From Planctomycetota bacterium (GTDB taxonomy: Bacteria > Planctomycetota > UBA1135 > UBA2386): a stretch of DNA of 64,000 bases. Numbering within the stretch: the stretch's first letter is position 1; each line of letters opens with the position of its first letter. The stretch is from the NCBI GenBank assembly GCA_046290465.1, contig JBKAGP010000001.1:2752001-2816000 (forward strand), read 5' to 3'. The translations under genes were made by a program, and so were the position numbers. A model generated the notes under the pieces. That model was given only the letters and a program-made list of their open reading frames with translations. It searched no databases and was not told where the DNA came from. This document shows positions 55,850 to 64,000 of the stretch, piece after piece.

Positions 55850-57412
55850 TTGAAGAAGTCCGCCAAGCCAAAGGGCCCTCGCAATCTCGACAAACACCTG
55901 TTCGAGGCGGGCCAGCAGTGCCACAAGCGTCTGTGGCTCGACTACCACGAACCGTCGGACGAGAGCCCGTCGGCCAGTCGCCAGGAGATGTCGCGAGTCG
56001 GCGACGAGATGCGCGAACTCGCGCGCACGGCGTTCCCCAAGGGCGTCGTGATCGACGACGACGACGTCGACACCGCCGCCGCGACCACCACGAAGCACCT
56101 CGAGGACGGGGTGCCGGTGCTGTTCGACGCGACCTTCGTCGGTGACGGCGTCGCCGCGCGGTGCGACATCCTGGTCGTGCACAAGGACAAGTTGGTCGAC
56201 CTGTTCGAGATCAAGTCCGGCACCAAGGTGAAGCACCGCTACGTCAACGACCTGGCGCTGCAGGCGACGGTGCTGGCGGCCAACGGCTACCAGGTGCAGC
56301 GCGCCTACCTGCTGCACATCAACCCCAAGTACACCCACAAGGCCGGCGAGCCCTACCCGCCGATGCAGCTGCTGCGCAGCGCCGACGTCACCGCCAAGGT
56401 GCACAAGCAGCAGCCCAACGTGGCGCGCAAGCTGCAGCAGCTGCGGCAGGCGGTCGACAACGACAGCGTGCTCGAGCTGCCGATGGGCACGTTCTGCGAG
56501 AACCCGTTCCCGTGCCCGCACATCGCGCGCTGCGCGAAGGACGCACCGGACCTGCCGCTGCACCGCCTGCCCGAACTGACCCGGCAGCAGGAGCTCGATC
56601 TGCACAAGGAGGGCATCGAGGAGATGCTCGCCGTGCCGGCCGACCGCGAGGACCTGTCGTTCCGCCAGCGCCGCACGCTGCAGTGCCACCAGCAGAACGA
56701 ACGCATCGTCGAGCCGTTCGTGCGCGACGAGCTCGGCGAGTGCGACAAGCCGCTGCACTTCCTGGCGCTCGCGGCGATCACCGATCCGCTGCCGCGCTTC
56801 GACAACCAACGGCCGTGGCAGCAGACGCCGTTCGCGTGGGCCTGCAAGACCGTGCACGAGGACGGCCGCGTCGAGACGCAGTCGTTCGCGCAGATCGACA
56901 AGGACGACCCGCGCGGCCCGTTCGTCAAGAGCCTGGCGCGCCACCTCGAGGTCGGCGGCACCGCGCTGCTGTGGGGCGAGGAGACGCTGCGCGAGCTGCG
57001 CGGCCTGCTCGATGCCGTGCCGGACGAGAAGGCCAGCGTGCGTGCGCTGCTCGGCCAGGACCACCTGGACATGCGGGCGCTGTTCGAGTCGAGCGTGTTC
57101 GACCCGAAGCTGACCGACTACTCGGACTTCGCGGAGGTCGTCGAACTGATGCTCGGCGACAACTCCGGCCGCAAGCTCGAAGCCCTCGATCGCAACACCC
57201 GGTTCGAGCTCGTGCACAAGGCGCGCGCCCCGCGCGTGCGCGCGGCGACGCGCGACAAGATCGCGGCGACCATCACCGACGCGCTGGCGTGGCAGGCCGA
57301 GCAGCTCTCGGAGCTGTTCGCGTCGTTCACCGGCGCGGCACCGAAGCCGAAGGCCGAGCGTGCGAAGGCGGCTCCGCGCCCGGCCAAGCCGCTGCCGAAG
57401 CTGCCGGAGTAG
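55850..57412 (+). CDS. DUF2779-domain protein: Cas4/RecB-like PD-(D/E)XK nuclease plus RNase H-like domain
   Basis: QCHKRLWL, RCDIL..EIKSGT..DLALQ, C..PFPCP..C; RPWQQTPF; DPR..F...L. Confidence 0.85.
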   Translation: MKKSAKPKGPRNLDKHLFEAGQQCHKRLWLDYHEPSDESPSASRQEMSRVGDEMRELARTAFPKGVVIDDDDVDTAAATTTKHLEDGVPVLFDATFVGDGVAARCDILVVHKDKLVDLFEIKSGTKVKHRYVNDLALQATVLAANGYQVQRAYLLHINPKYTHKAGEPYPPMQLLRSADVTAKVHKQQPNVARKLQQLRQAVDNDSVLELPMGTFCENPFPCPHIARCAKDAPDLPLHRLPELTRQQELDLHKEGIEEMLAVPADREDLSFRQRRTLQCHQQNERIVEPFVRDELGECDKPLHFLALAAITDPLPRFDNQRPWQQTPFAWACKTVHEDGRVETQSFAQIDKDDPRGPFVKSLARHLEVGGTALLWGEETLRELRGLLDAVPDEKASVRALLGQDHLDMRALFESSVFDPKLTDYSDFAEVVELMLGDNSGRKLEALDRNTRFELVHKARAPRVRAATRDKIAATITDALAWQAEQLSELFASFTGAAPKPKAERAKAAPRPAKPLPKLPE

Positions 57413-57454
57413 CGTTGCCCGAGCGCCGTCCGTCGCGGCGCAGCGGGCGCGCCG

Positions 57455-57680
57455 CTAGGAGCGCGTCCATGTAGTGGACGCGCTGCCAACCGTGATCGCG
57501 GAAGCGGCGAGTACGCGTGCGGACGGGGCTTTGCCCGCTAGGAGCGCGTCCATGTAGTGGACGCGCCGCCAACCGTGATCGCGGAAGCGGCGAGTACGCG
57601 TGCGGACGGGGCTTTGCCCGCTAGGAGCGCGTCCATGTAGTGGACGCGCCGCCAACCGTGATCGCGGAAGCGGCGTGTAC
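57455..57680 (-). repeat. Tandem array of the 83-bp element in reverse orientation (2 full units plus a 60-bp partial)
   Basis: CTAG at 57455, 57538 and 57621; reverse complement of the 47715 unit with a few substitutions. Confidence 0.96.
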
Positions 57681-58451
57681 ACTCGCGACATCGCAACCGT
57701 CGGGCGTGAATTCCCACAGTTCGGGGGTTCGACCAAGAACCTTCGACGTGGGCGTGAGGAGGTGTTCGACGCCCCAGACGCACAGCGGCCTACCTTCGGC
57801 CAGCCAACGGTATGGGGGGATGGCTGGCAGACTCCTCCTGGGTGGTTCAGCGGGATTCCCGTGTGCCCATGCGACGAAGCCGAGTTCGAGCGGATGAAGC
57901 AGGGCGGCGCGAAGGTCAAGGCAGACGATCCTGGCATGGTCGAGAAGTTCCACAGTCCCGCCGAGAAGTGCTACCGGGTGTGGTTTGCGAACGATGTTGC
58001 AGGCAACCAGTGCTGTTTCGACGAGAACGGCAAGCTCATCAACCAAGGCCCAGGTGCTGGCACGCCGGACATGTACAACCCCAGGTTTATCGGCATGCAC
58101 TTCTTCGTCGACGTCCTGGCCTTCTCAATGCTTGGGTGGAAGAAACACCACAAACAAGGCTGGGGTCCGATCTCGGAAGACTGTCCAGACAACAGCGGCG
58201 GCTACCCCGCGCCTGTTGGTGGGTTTCCTCCTGCACCTCCGCGCGAACCCAACCCTCCGAAACCAAGACCCAAACCGGACGAAGTGGCGCAGAGAATCGG
58301 CCGTCAGTGCGAGACTCAGTGCTTCAACGAGATGCTGCAGGAGTTCGGCCCGTCTTTCGACACTGATCCGGACGCCGGTCCGTTCTTCGACGACTGCGTC
58401 GATGAGTGCATGGACATCTGGGCGGAGATCCTTGGCAAGGGTTGGGGGTAG
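57681..58451 (+). pseudogene. AMOP (isthmin-like) domain protein, probably N-terminally truncated
   Basis: W..IPVCPC...H.PA.KCYR...NQCCFDENGKLI..GPGAGTP......HFFVDVL; the frame runs out of the repeat array with no convincing start. Confidence 0.65.
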
Positions 58452-58478
58452 AGCCTGCGCCTCGTCCTCGAACTCCTG

Positions 58479-58667
58479 GTGTGGGCAGGCTGCTTGTTCG
58501 GCGCAGGGCTGATCGTCGCCGGCCTGGGCTGGATCGGGCTTCGAGAACTCGATGGGTCGCATGAGTCCGGCGATTGGATCATCTCAACTCTCGGCTTGCT
58601 GGTGCTGCTGTTGAGTGTGTGCCTCGGATTCGCGGTGCGGCGGCGACGGCGACAGACGGGACAGTAG
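58479..58667 (+). CDS. Small two-TM protein
   Basis: Two hydrophobic segments and a basic RRRRR tail; same frame as the AMOP ORF, after its TAG. Confidence 0.4.
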   Translation: MWAGCLFGAGLIVAGLGWIGLRELDGSHESGDWIISTLGLLVLLLSVCLGFAVRRRRRQTGQ

Positions 58668-58673
58668 GGGACA

Positions 58674-58880
58674 TCACAGCCTGATCTTCTCGACCTCGTC
58701 GAGGCTCGCCTCTTCGCCCATGACGATCGTAGAGCCTCGTCGTCTGCGAGCTCGCATGTGCGGCCATCTGCTGCGCCCTGTCGAGCTGCCCGTCGTTGCT
58801 GAGGTAGGCCGTGATCCCAGTGGCGCGCAGCGTGTGGTTGGAGAACCCAACCAGCCGGCGCTGCTGTACGCGACGTTCTT
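58674..58880 (-). pseudogene. Tyrosine recombinase/integrase C-terminal fragment, frameshifted
   Basis: NHTLRATGITAYL..G.L..AQQMAAHAS..TT.LYDR, then a +1 shift to GEEASLDEVEKIRL*; N-terminal part absent. Confidence 0.85.
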
Positions 58881-59062
58881 CTGTCAATGGCTCGTGCGGG
58901 ATCCCCCTGCGAGTCAACGGTTCGCGCTCACGCCCGGTCTTCGCCTAAGCCTGCGTCAGGGACAACCCTCTGGGCCGCCGGCGGCTGCGTGCGGGCCTCC
59001 GAGCCCGAAAGCGGCTTGAGCACGCTGCGTGGTGAGCGATGCGGGCTAGCATCTGACGCGCG

Positions 59063-62000
59063 ATGCGTCTGCACGTGGCCACGATCCTTAGCCTGCTGCT
59101 CGGTTGCGCGTTCGCCCTGGGCTTCGCCCCCGGGTCGGCGGCACAGAACTACGCCGCGCGCATCTACACCGAGGCCAACGGTCTGCCGCACCAGTCGATC
59201 GTCGACGTCGACCAGACGCCGGACGGACAGCTGTGGTTCTCGACCCAGGGAGGCCTGGTCCGCTACGACTGCCGCGCGTGGGAGGTCGTCGCGACCGGCA
59301 TCCCGACGAGCGGTCCGTCGAACGGCAGCATGCAGCTCGACGTCGACGAGCGCGGCGCGCTGTGGGCGTTCCGGCAGGCCCCGCCGTTCGACTGCGGCTA
59401 CCTGCTCGACGGGCGCTGGCACGCGTTCGAGCGACCGGTGCCCGACGGCTCCGCGCCGGTCGGTGGACTCGTCGACGCCGAGATCGCCCCCCACCAGGGC
59501 GGCCGCAGCATCCTGCTGACCACCACACTCGGCACGATGTTGCTGCACGACGGCGACAACTGGCGCCGGCTCGAGACGGTCGTCGACGGCATGTTCGACA
59601 CCTGCGTGTTCGACGGCGACTTCGTCGTGACCGGCAACGGCGGGGTGCACCGGGTCGACGCGCGCGACGGCGCCACGACGCGCCTCGGCGGGGCGCCGAC
59701 GCCGCCGATGGCGATCGAGACCACCGACGACGGCAGCTGCTGCTGGATGGTCGGTCGCACCTGGATCGGCCGCTACGGCGGCGAGCGCATCGAAGTGCTC
59801 GAACAGGGACTGGCGGAGCTGTTCTACCCGGACATCGTGCACGCCGCGGTCCTGCCCGACGATCGCGGCGGCCTCTACTTCGGCGAACGCGCGGGTGCGT
59901 TCCACTACTCGACCGAGACCGGCGTCGAAGTCTTCGGGCAGCCCAACGCGCTCGACCACATCGGCCTGACGCGCCTGTTCCGCGACCGCGAGGGGATCAT
60001 CTGGGGCGCGGGCGTGCGCGGGGTCGCCAAGTTCGCCGGCCGGTTCGTCGCCAACCGCGCATCCGAGCACGGCCTGGCCGAGGACGAGGTCTCCGCCGTG
60101 CTCGAACTGCAAGACGGCCGCATCCTGCTGGGCCACAACCACGCCGTGACGATCCTCGAGTCGCCGCCGCGCACCGCCCGGATCGACGAGCGTCGCAACC
60201 ACGCTCGCGTGATGTCGATGGCGCAGACGGCGGACGGCGCCGTCTACCTCGCCGCCAACCGCGCCGGCCTGCTGCGACTCGATCTCGACACCCTCGCGGT
60301 CGAGCCCGTGCGCGGCCCCCACCAACAGGCGCTGTCGATCCAGGGCGTCACGCGGGCGCCCGACGGCAGCCTGATCGTCGCCGGCTGGAGGCGGGTCTGG
60401 CGCTACGACGGCGAACGGTTCGAGGACCTGCTGCCGCCCGACCACGAGCTGACCGAGGACTACATCCGCCACGCGACGATGACCGGGGACGGCCTGCTGC
60501 TGGCGCTGCGGCACGCCGGCATCCTGCAGTGCGTCGGCGAGGACGTGTTCGCCTGGACCGGCGACGACGTGCGCGCCAACAACTGCTACTGCGTGCAGCG
60601 GCGGCCCGACGGATCGTTCTGGACCGGCACCGGCCGGGGCGTGCTGCGCACCGCCGCGCGCGGCCGGCTGGTGCCGGTCGACTTCGCCGGTCAGCGCATC
60701 GACGTCCCGGTCTACTTCATGGCCGACGACCGCGACGGCAGGACCTGGTTCGGCACCAACAACGGCGTGATCATCTGGGACGGCAACGGCCTGCGACACA
60801 TCACCGAGGAGCAGGGGCTGGCCGGCCGCGAGACCAACCGCGGCGCCCACGCCTGCGACCGACGCGGCCGCATGTGGGTCGGCTTCGACCGTGGCCTGAC
60901 GACGTTCGACCCATCGCTCGAAGTCGCGCCCCGGCACGGACCACAGGTGTCGTTGCTGGCACCCGCCGTCAACGGCGTCGTGCGTTCGACCGGGCTGTGG
61001 GCGCCCGTCGTCGAGCACGACTCGCTGTCGTTCCGGCTGCGCTCGATCTCGTCGCGCGACGAAGAACGGCTGCTGCACCAGCACCGCCTCGAGGGCCTCG
61101 AGCACGACTTCTCGGCGCTGGCGCCGCTGCCGGACCGCCGCGTGCACTACGAGAGCCTGCCGCCGGGGCGTTATCGCCTGCACGTGCGAGCGACCGACTC
61201 GGCCAGCCTGACGGCCGAGACCCGCTCCCCGTGGATCGAGGTGATGCCGCCGTGGTATCGCGTCTGGTGGTTCCGCCTGTTGGTGCTGGTCGGCGTGCTG
61301 ACCGCGCTGGGCATCGTGTTCGCGTTCTGGACGCAGCGTCGCCACGCCCGGCAGCTCGAGGACGTCGTCGAGCTGCGCACCGCCGACCTCAGCGCCGAAC
61401 GCAACCGCCTGCAGGCGACGCTGAGCAGCATCGGCGACGGCGTCGTCGCGATCGACGACGCCGGCTGCATCGCGCTGTGGAACGAGACCGCCCGCGGGCT
61501 GACCGGCTGGGACCAGCAGCAGGCGCTGGGCCGGCACCTCGACGAGCTGATGCCGGGCCTGTCGCTGTCGTCGCCGACGCCCGATCGCGCCATCGAGATC
61601 ACGATCGCCGACGGCAGCTCACGCTGGTTCGAATACACCGTCGCACAGGTCGCCGACCACCCGGCCAGCGGCTACGTGGTGGCGTTCCGCGACGTCACCG
61701 ACCGCCGCGAGCAGGACCGCCTGATGTCGCGCAGCGAACGCCTCGAATCGCTCGGCGTGCTGGCAGGCGGCATCGCGCACGACTTCAACAACCTGTTGAC
61801 GGTCATGCTCGGCAACCTGAGCCTGCTCGAACTCGACGACGACCACGACGCGGCGCTCAGCGAGAAGCGGCAGCTGCGCGAGCAGATCCAGGAAGCCGTG
61901 TTGCGCGCGCGCGACCTGACCCGACAGCTGCTGACGTTCTCGAAGGGCGGCGCACCGGTGCGCACCCCCGGCTCACTCGAGGAGGTCGTCGCGGAGAGCG

Positions 62001-62863
62001 CGCGCCTGGCGCTCAGCGGCTCGAACGTGCGCTGCGAGCTCGTCGTCGAACAAGGCCTGCAGCCGGTCGAGTTCGACCGCGGCCAGATCGGCCAGGTCGT
62101 GCACAACCTGGTGCTCAACGGCCGCCAGGCGATGCCGACCGGCGGCACCATCACGGTTCGGACCTTCCCGTCGCCGCGCTGCCCCAACGGCCACGAGATC
62201 CCCCACTCGGTCATCGAGGTGCGGGACGAGGGCGCCGGCATCTCACCGGGTGAGCTCGAACGGATCTTCGACCCGTACTACTCGACCAAGCCCGACGGCA
62301 CCGGGCTGGGCCTCGCGACGTCGCACTCGATCGTCAAGCGGCACGACGGCTACCTGACCGTCGAGTCGCGCCTCGGCGAGGGCTCGACCTTCCGCATCTA
62401 CCTGCCGGCGCTGGCCGACGCGCGCGCGGTCGCGAACGCGCCGACCCTGGCCGGCGCCGACCTGCTGCCCAAGGGCCGTCGGGTGCTGTGCATGGACGAC
62501 GACGCGTCGATCCGCGCGTTCTTGCGGTCCTCGCTGACCACGCTCGGCCACCACCCGCACCTGGTCAGCGACGGCACCGAGGCGATCGCCGTCTATCGGC
62601 ACGCGCGCGACCGCGGCCGGCCGTTCGACTTCGTGCTGCTCGACATGACGATCCCCGGCGGCATGGGCGGAGTCGAGACGCTCGAACGGCTGCGCGAGCT
62701 CGACCCCGACGTCGTCGCGGTCGCGGCGACCGGCTACTCGACCGACCCGGTGCTCGACGAGTTCCGCCGCCACGGCTTCGTCGCGTCGCTCGGCAAGCCG
62801 TTCTCGGTGTCGGACATCGCCGACGCGCTGACCCGGGCCGCCCGCGGCCGCGCCGAACGGTAG
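59063..62863 (+). CDS. Hybrid sensor kinase (beta-propeller/Y_Y_Y, TM, PAS, HisKA, HATPase, REC)
   Basis: YTEANGLP and D..G..W repeats; Y.SLPPGRY; PPWY; AGGIAHDFNNLL; GTGLGL; MDDD..LLDMTIPGG. Confidence 0.94.
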   Translation: MRLHVATILSLLLGCAFALGFAPGSAAQNYAARIYTEANGLPHQSIVDVDQTPDGQLWFSTQGGLVRYDCRAWEVVATGIPTSGPSNGSMQLDVDERGALWAFRQAPPFDCGYLLDGRWHAFERPVPDGSAPVGGLVDAEIAPHQGGRSILLTTTLGTMLLHDGDNWRRLETVVDGMFDTCVFDGDFVVTGNGGVHRVDARDGATTRLGGAPTPPMAIETTDDGSCCWMVGRTWIGRYGGERIEVLEQGLAELFYPDIVHAAVLPDDRGGLYFGERAGAFHYSTETGVEVFGQPNALDHIGLTRLFRDREGIIWGAGVRGVAKFAGRFVANRASEHGLAEDEVSAVLELQDGRILLGHNHAVTILESPPRTARIDERRNHARVMSMAQTADGAVYLAANRAGLLRLDLDTLAVEPVRGPHQQALSIQGVTRAPDGSLIVAGWRRVWRYDGERFEDLLPPDHELTEDYIRHATMTGDGLLLALRHAGILQCVGEDVFAWTGDDVRANNCYCVQRRPDGSFWTGTGRGVLRTAARGRLVPVDFAGQRIDVPVYFMADDRDGRTWFGTNNGVIIWDGNGLRHITEEQGLAGRETNRGAHACDRRGRMWVGFDRGLTTFDPSLEVAPRHGPQVSLLAPAVNGVVRSTGLWAPVVEHDSLSFRLRSISSRDEERLLHQHRLEGLEHDFSALAPLPDRRVHYESLPPGRYRLHVRATDSASLTAETRSPWIEVMPPWYRVWWFRLLVLVGVLTALGIVFAFWTQRRHARQLEDVVELRTADLSAERNRLQATLSSIGDGVVAIDDAGCIALWNETARGLTGWDQQQALGRHLDELMPGLSLSSPTPDRAIEITIADGSSRWFEYTVAQVADHPASGYVVAFRDVTDRREQDRLMSRSERLESLGVLAGGIAHDFNNLLTVMLGNLSLLELDDDHDAALSEKRQLREQIQEAVLRARDLTRQLLTFSKGGAPVRTPGSLEEVVAESARLALSGSNVRCELVVEQGLQPVEFDRGQIGQVVHNLVLNGRQAMPTGGTITVRTFPSPRCPNGHEIPHSVIEVRDEGAGISPGELERIFDPYYSTKPDGTGLGLATSHSIVKRHDGYLTVESRLGEGSTFRIYLPALADARAVANAPTLAGADLLPKGRRVLCMDDDASIRAFLRSSLTTLGHHPHLVSDGTEAIAVYRHARDRGRPFDFVLLDMTIPGGMGGVETLERLRELDPDVVAVAATGYSTDPVLDEFRRHGFVASLGKPFSVSDIADALTRAARGRAER

Positions 62864-62889
62864 GTCGCGGCGGCTCAGGTCGCAGGGGC

Positions 62890-63903
62890 TCAGGCCGCCG
62901 CGTACGAGGACAGCAGCGTGCGGATCTCGCGGTCGACGTCGAACCGACGCGTGAAGTCCTCGCGGATGCGCACACCGAGCTTGCCGGCGGCGCCGCGATT
63001 GCGATAGAGCGCGAGGATCTGCTTGGCCATCTCCTCCTCGTCGCCGAACAGCAGGCCAGTCTCCTTGTGGCGGATCAGTTCGCGGTTGCCGGGCACGTCG
63101 GATGCGACCACCGGCCGGCCGAGGATGCCGGCCTCGAGGATCGTCGGCGCCGCACCCTCGGACAGCGACGTGTTGAGCACGACGTCGGCATCGACGTAGG
63201 CCGCGCCCATGCGCTCCTTGGCCAGCGTCGGCAGCACCCGCACCGCTGGCTGCTGTTCGCACAGTTCGCGAACGTGGCGGGCGTAGTCGGCGTCCTGCTC
63301 GGGGCCGGCCAGGATCATCTCGATGTCGGCACCGGCGGAGCGCAGCACCTGGATCGCCGAGATCGCGCGGTGCTGCCCCTTGATGGGCCGCAGCCCGCCG
63401 GGCAGGAACACCAGGAACCGCTGGCGCGGGATCCCGAGCGAACGTCGCAGGTCGGTGCCGTCGGTCAGGAGCGGCGTCGCCGCCCGCGCGACCACGTCGA
63501 TCTTGCCGATCGCGTCCGGAACGCGCTCCTCGACGACGCGCGCCGCCTGCTCGCTCGGCACCAGCACGCGGTGCGCGCGGCGGATCACTTCGCAGACGAT
63601 CGGACCGTGCTCGCCGTGCATCGCGTCCTCGTGCAGGTCCTCACCGCTCAGCGAGATCACCCACGGCGTGCGACAACCGAGCAGCTGGATGCCGCAGCGG
63701 CGCGCGTCGTGCGCGTGCACGATGTCGGGCTTGAAGCGGCCGACGGTGCCCTCGAGCGACTGCTTCAGGCCACCTTCGGTGGTGCCGCCGAACAACTCGC
63801 ACAGGTGGCCCTTGTGCTGCAGACCGTCGCGGTAGCGCGTCACGGTCGCGATGCCACCCAGGTGCAGGTGGGTCGGCGCGGGCGTCATCAGCAGGACCTT
63901 CAC
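62890..63903 (-). CDS. Glycosyltransferase family 4
   Basis: PDIVHAH, LRPIKG, NTSLSEG...ILEA and VVASDVPGNRE motifs. Confidence 0.9.
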   Translation of the reverse strand: MKVLLMTPAPTHLHLGGIATVTRYRDGLQHKGHLCELFGGTTEGGLKQSLEGTVGRFKPDIVHAHDARRCGIQLLGCRTPWVISLSGEDLHEDAMHGEHGPIVCEVIRRAHRVLVPSEQAARVVEERVPDAIGKIDVVARAATPLLTDGTDLRRSLGIPRQRFLVFLPGGLRPIKGQHRAISAIQVLRSAGADIEMILAGPEQDADYARHVRELCEQQPAVRVLPTLAKERMGAAYVDADVVLNTSLSEGAAPTILEAGILGRPVVASDVPGNRELIRHKETGLLFGDEEEMAKQILALYRNRGAAGKLGVRIREDFTRRFDVDREIRTLLSSYAAA

Positions 63904-64000
63904 GCGACCATCATCGGCCGATCGAGCGTCCGGGCCTTACCGCCGCCGTCACGGAGTCGGGCAGGCCGCGCGCAGGCGTCGCGCCCGCTCGAGGTCGACC

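Noticed and set aside
1..64000. tRNA, rRNA, tmRNA, intact IS or prophage genes
   Set aside because: No cloverleaf or rRNA signatures, transposase or phage structural genes were recognised by eye.

Overview
GC-rich bacterial window, densely coding, with about 55 genes and no rRNA, tRNA or CRISPR array. The gene types (ECF sigma fused to carboxypeptidase-regulatory-like repeats, FG-GAP secreted proteins, DUF2779) suggest a Planctomycetota-like organism; this is an inference. Housekeeping genes: rlmL-like methyltransferase, dinB, tdh, kbl, Leu/Phe/Val dehydrogenase, xth, an EF-P paralog, an ABC exporter, two sensor kinases and two GT4 glycosyltransferases. Most notable: (1) a BCP peroxiredoxin missed by the ORF track, with an in-frame TGA at the peroxidatic Cys and a SECIS-like hairpin (selenoprotein); (2) an 83-bp CTAG-bounded, two-hairpin REP/BIME-like repeat at three loci, once single and twice in tandem arrays; (3) a lower-GC relic beside one array, encoding an isthmin-like AMOP domain, a 2-TM ORF and a frameshifted tyrosine-recombinase tail, next to a Cas4-like DUF2779 nuclease whose exonuclease domain looks inactivated; (4) a 1206-aa protein with a voltage-sensor domain but no adjacent pore; (5) a convergent polyamine/membrane module (lipoprotein-speE-K+ channel facing DUF350-speD); (6) an archaeal/eukaryote-type (type II) methionine aminopeptidase; (7) frequent TAnnnT boxes 6-10 nt before start codons, suggesting leaderless mRNAs. 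All calls come from reading motifs by eye; no database search was run.
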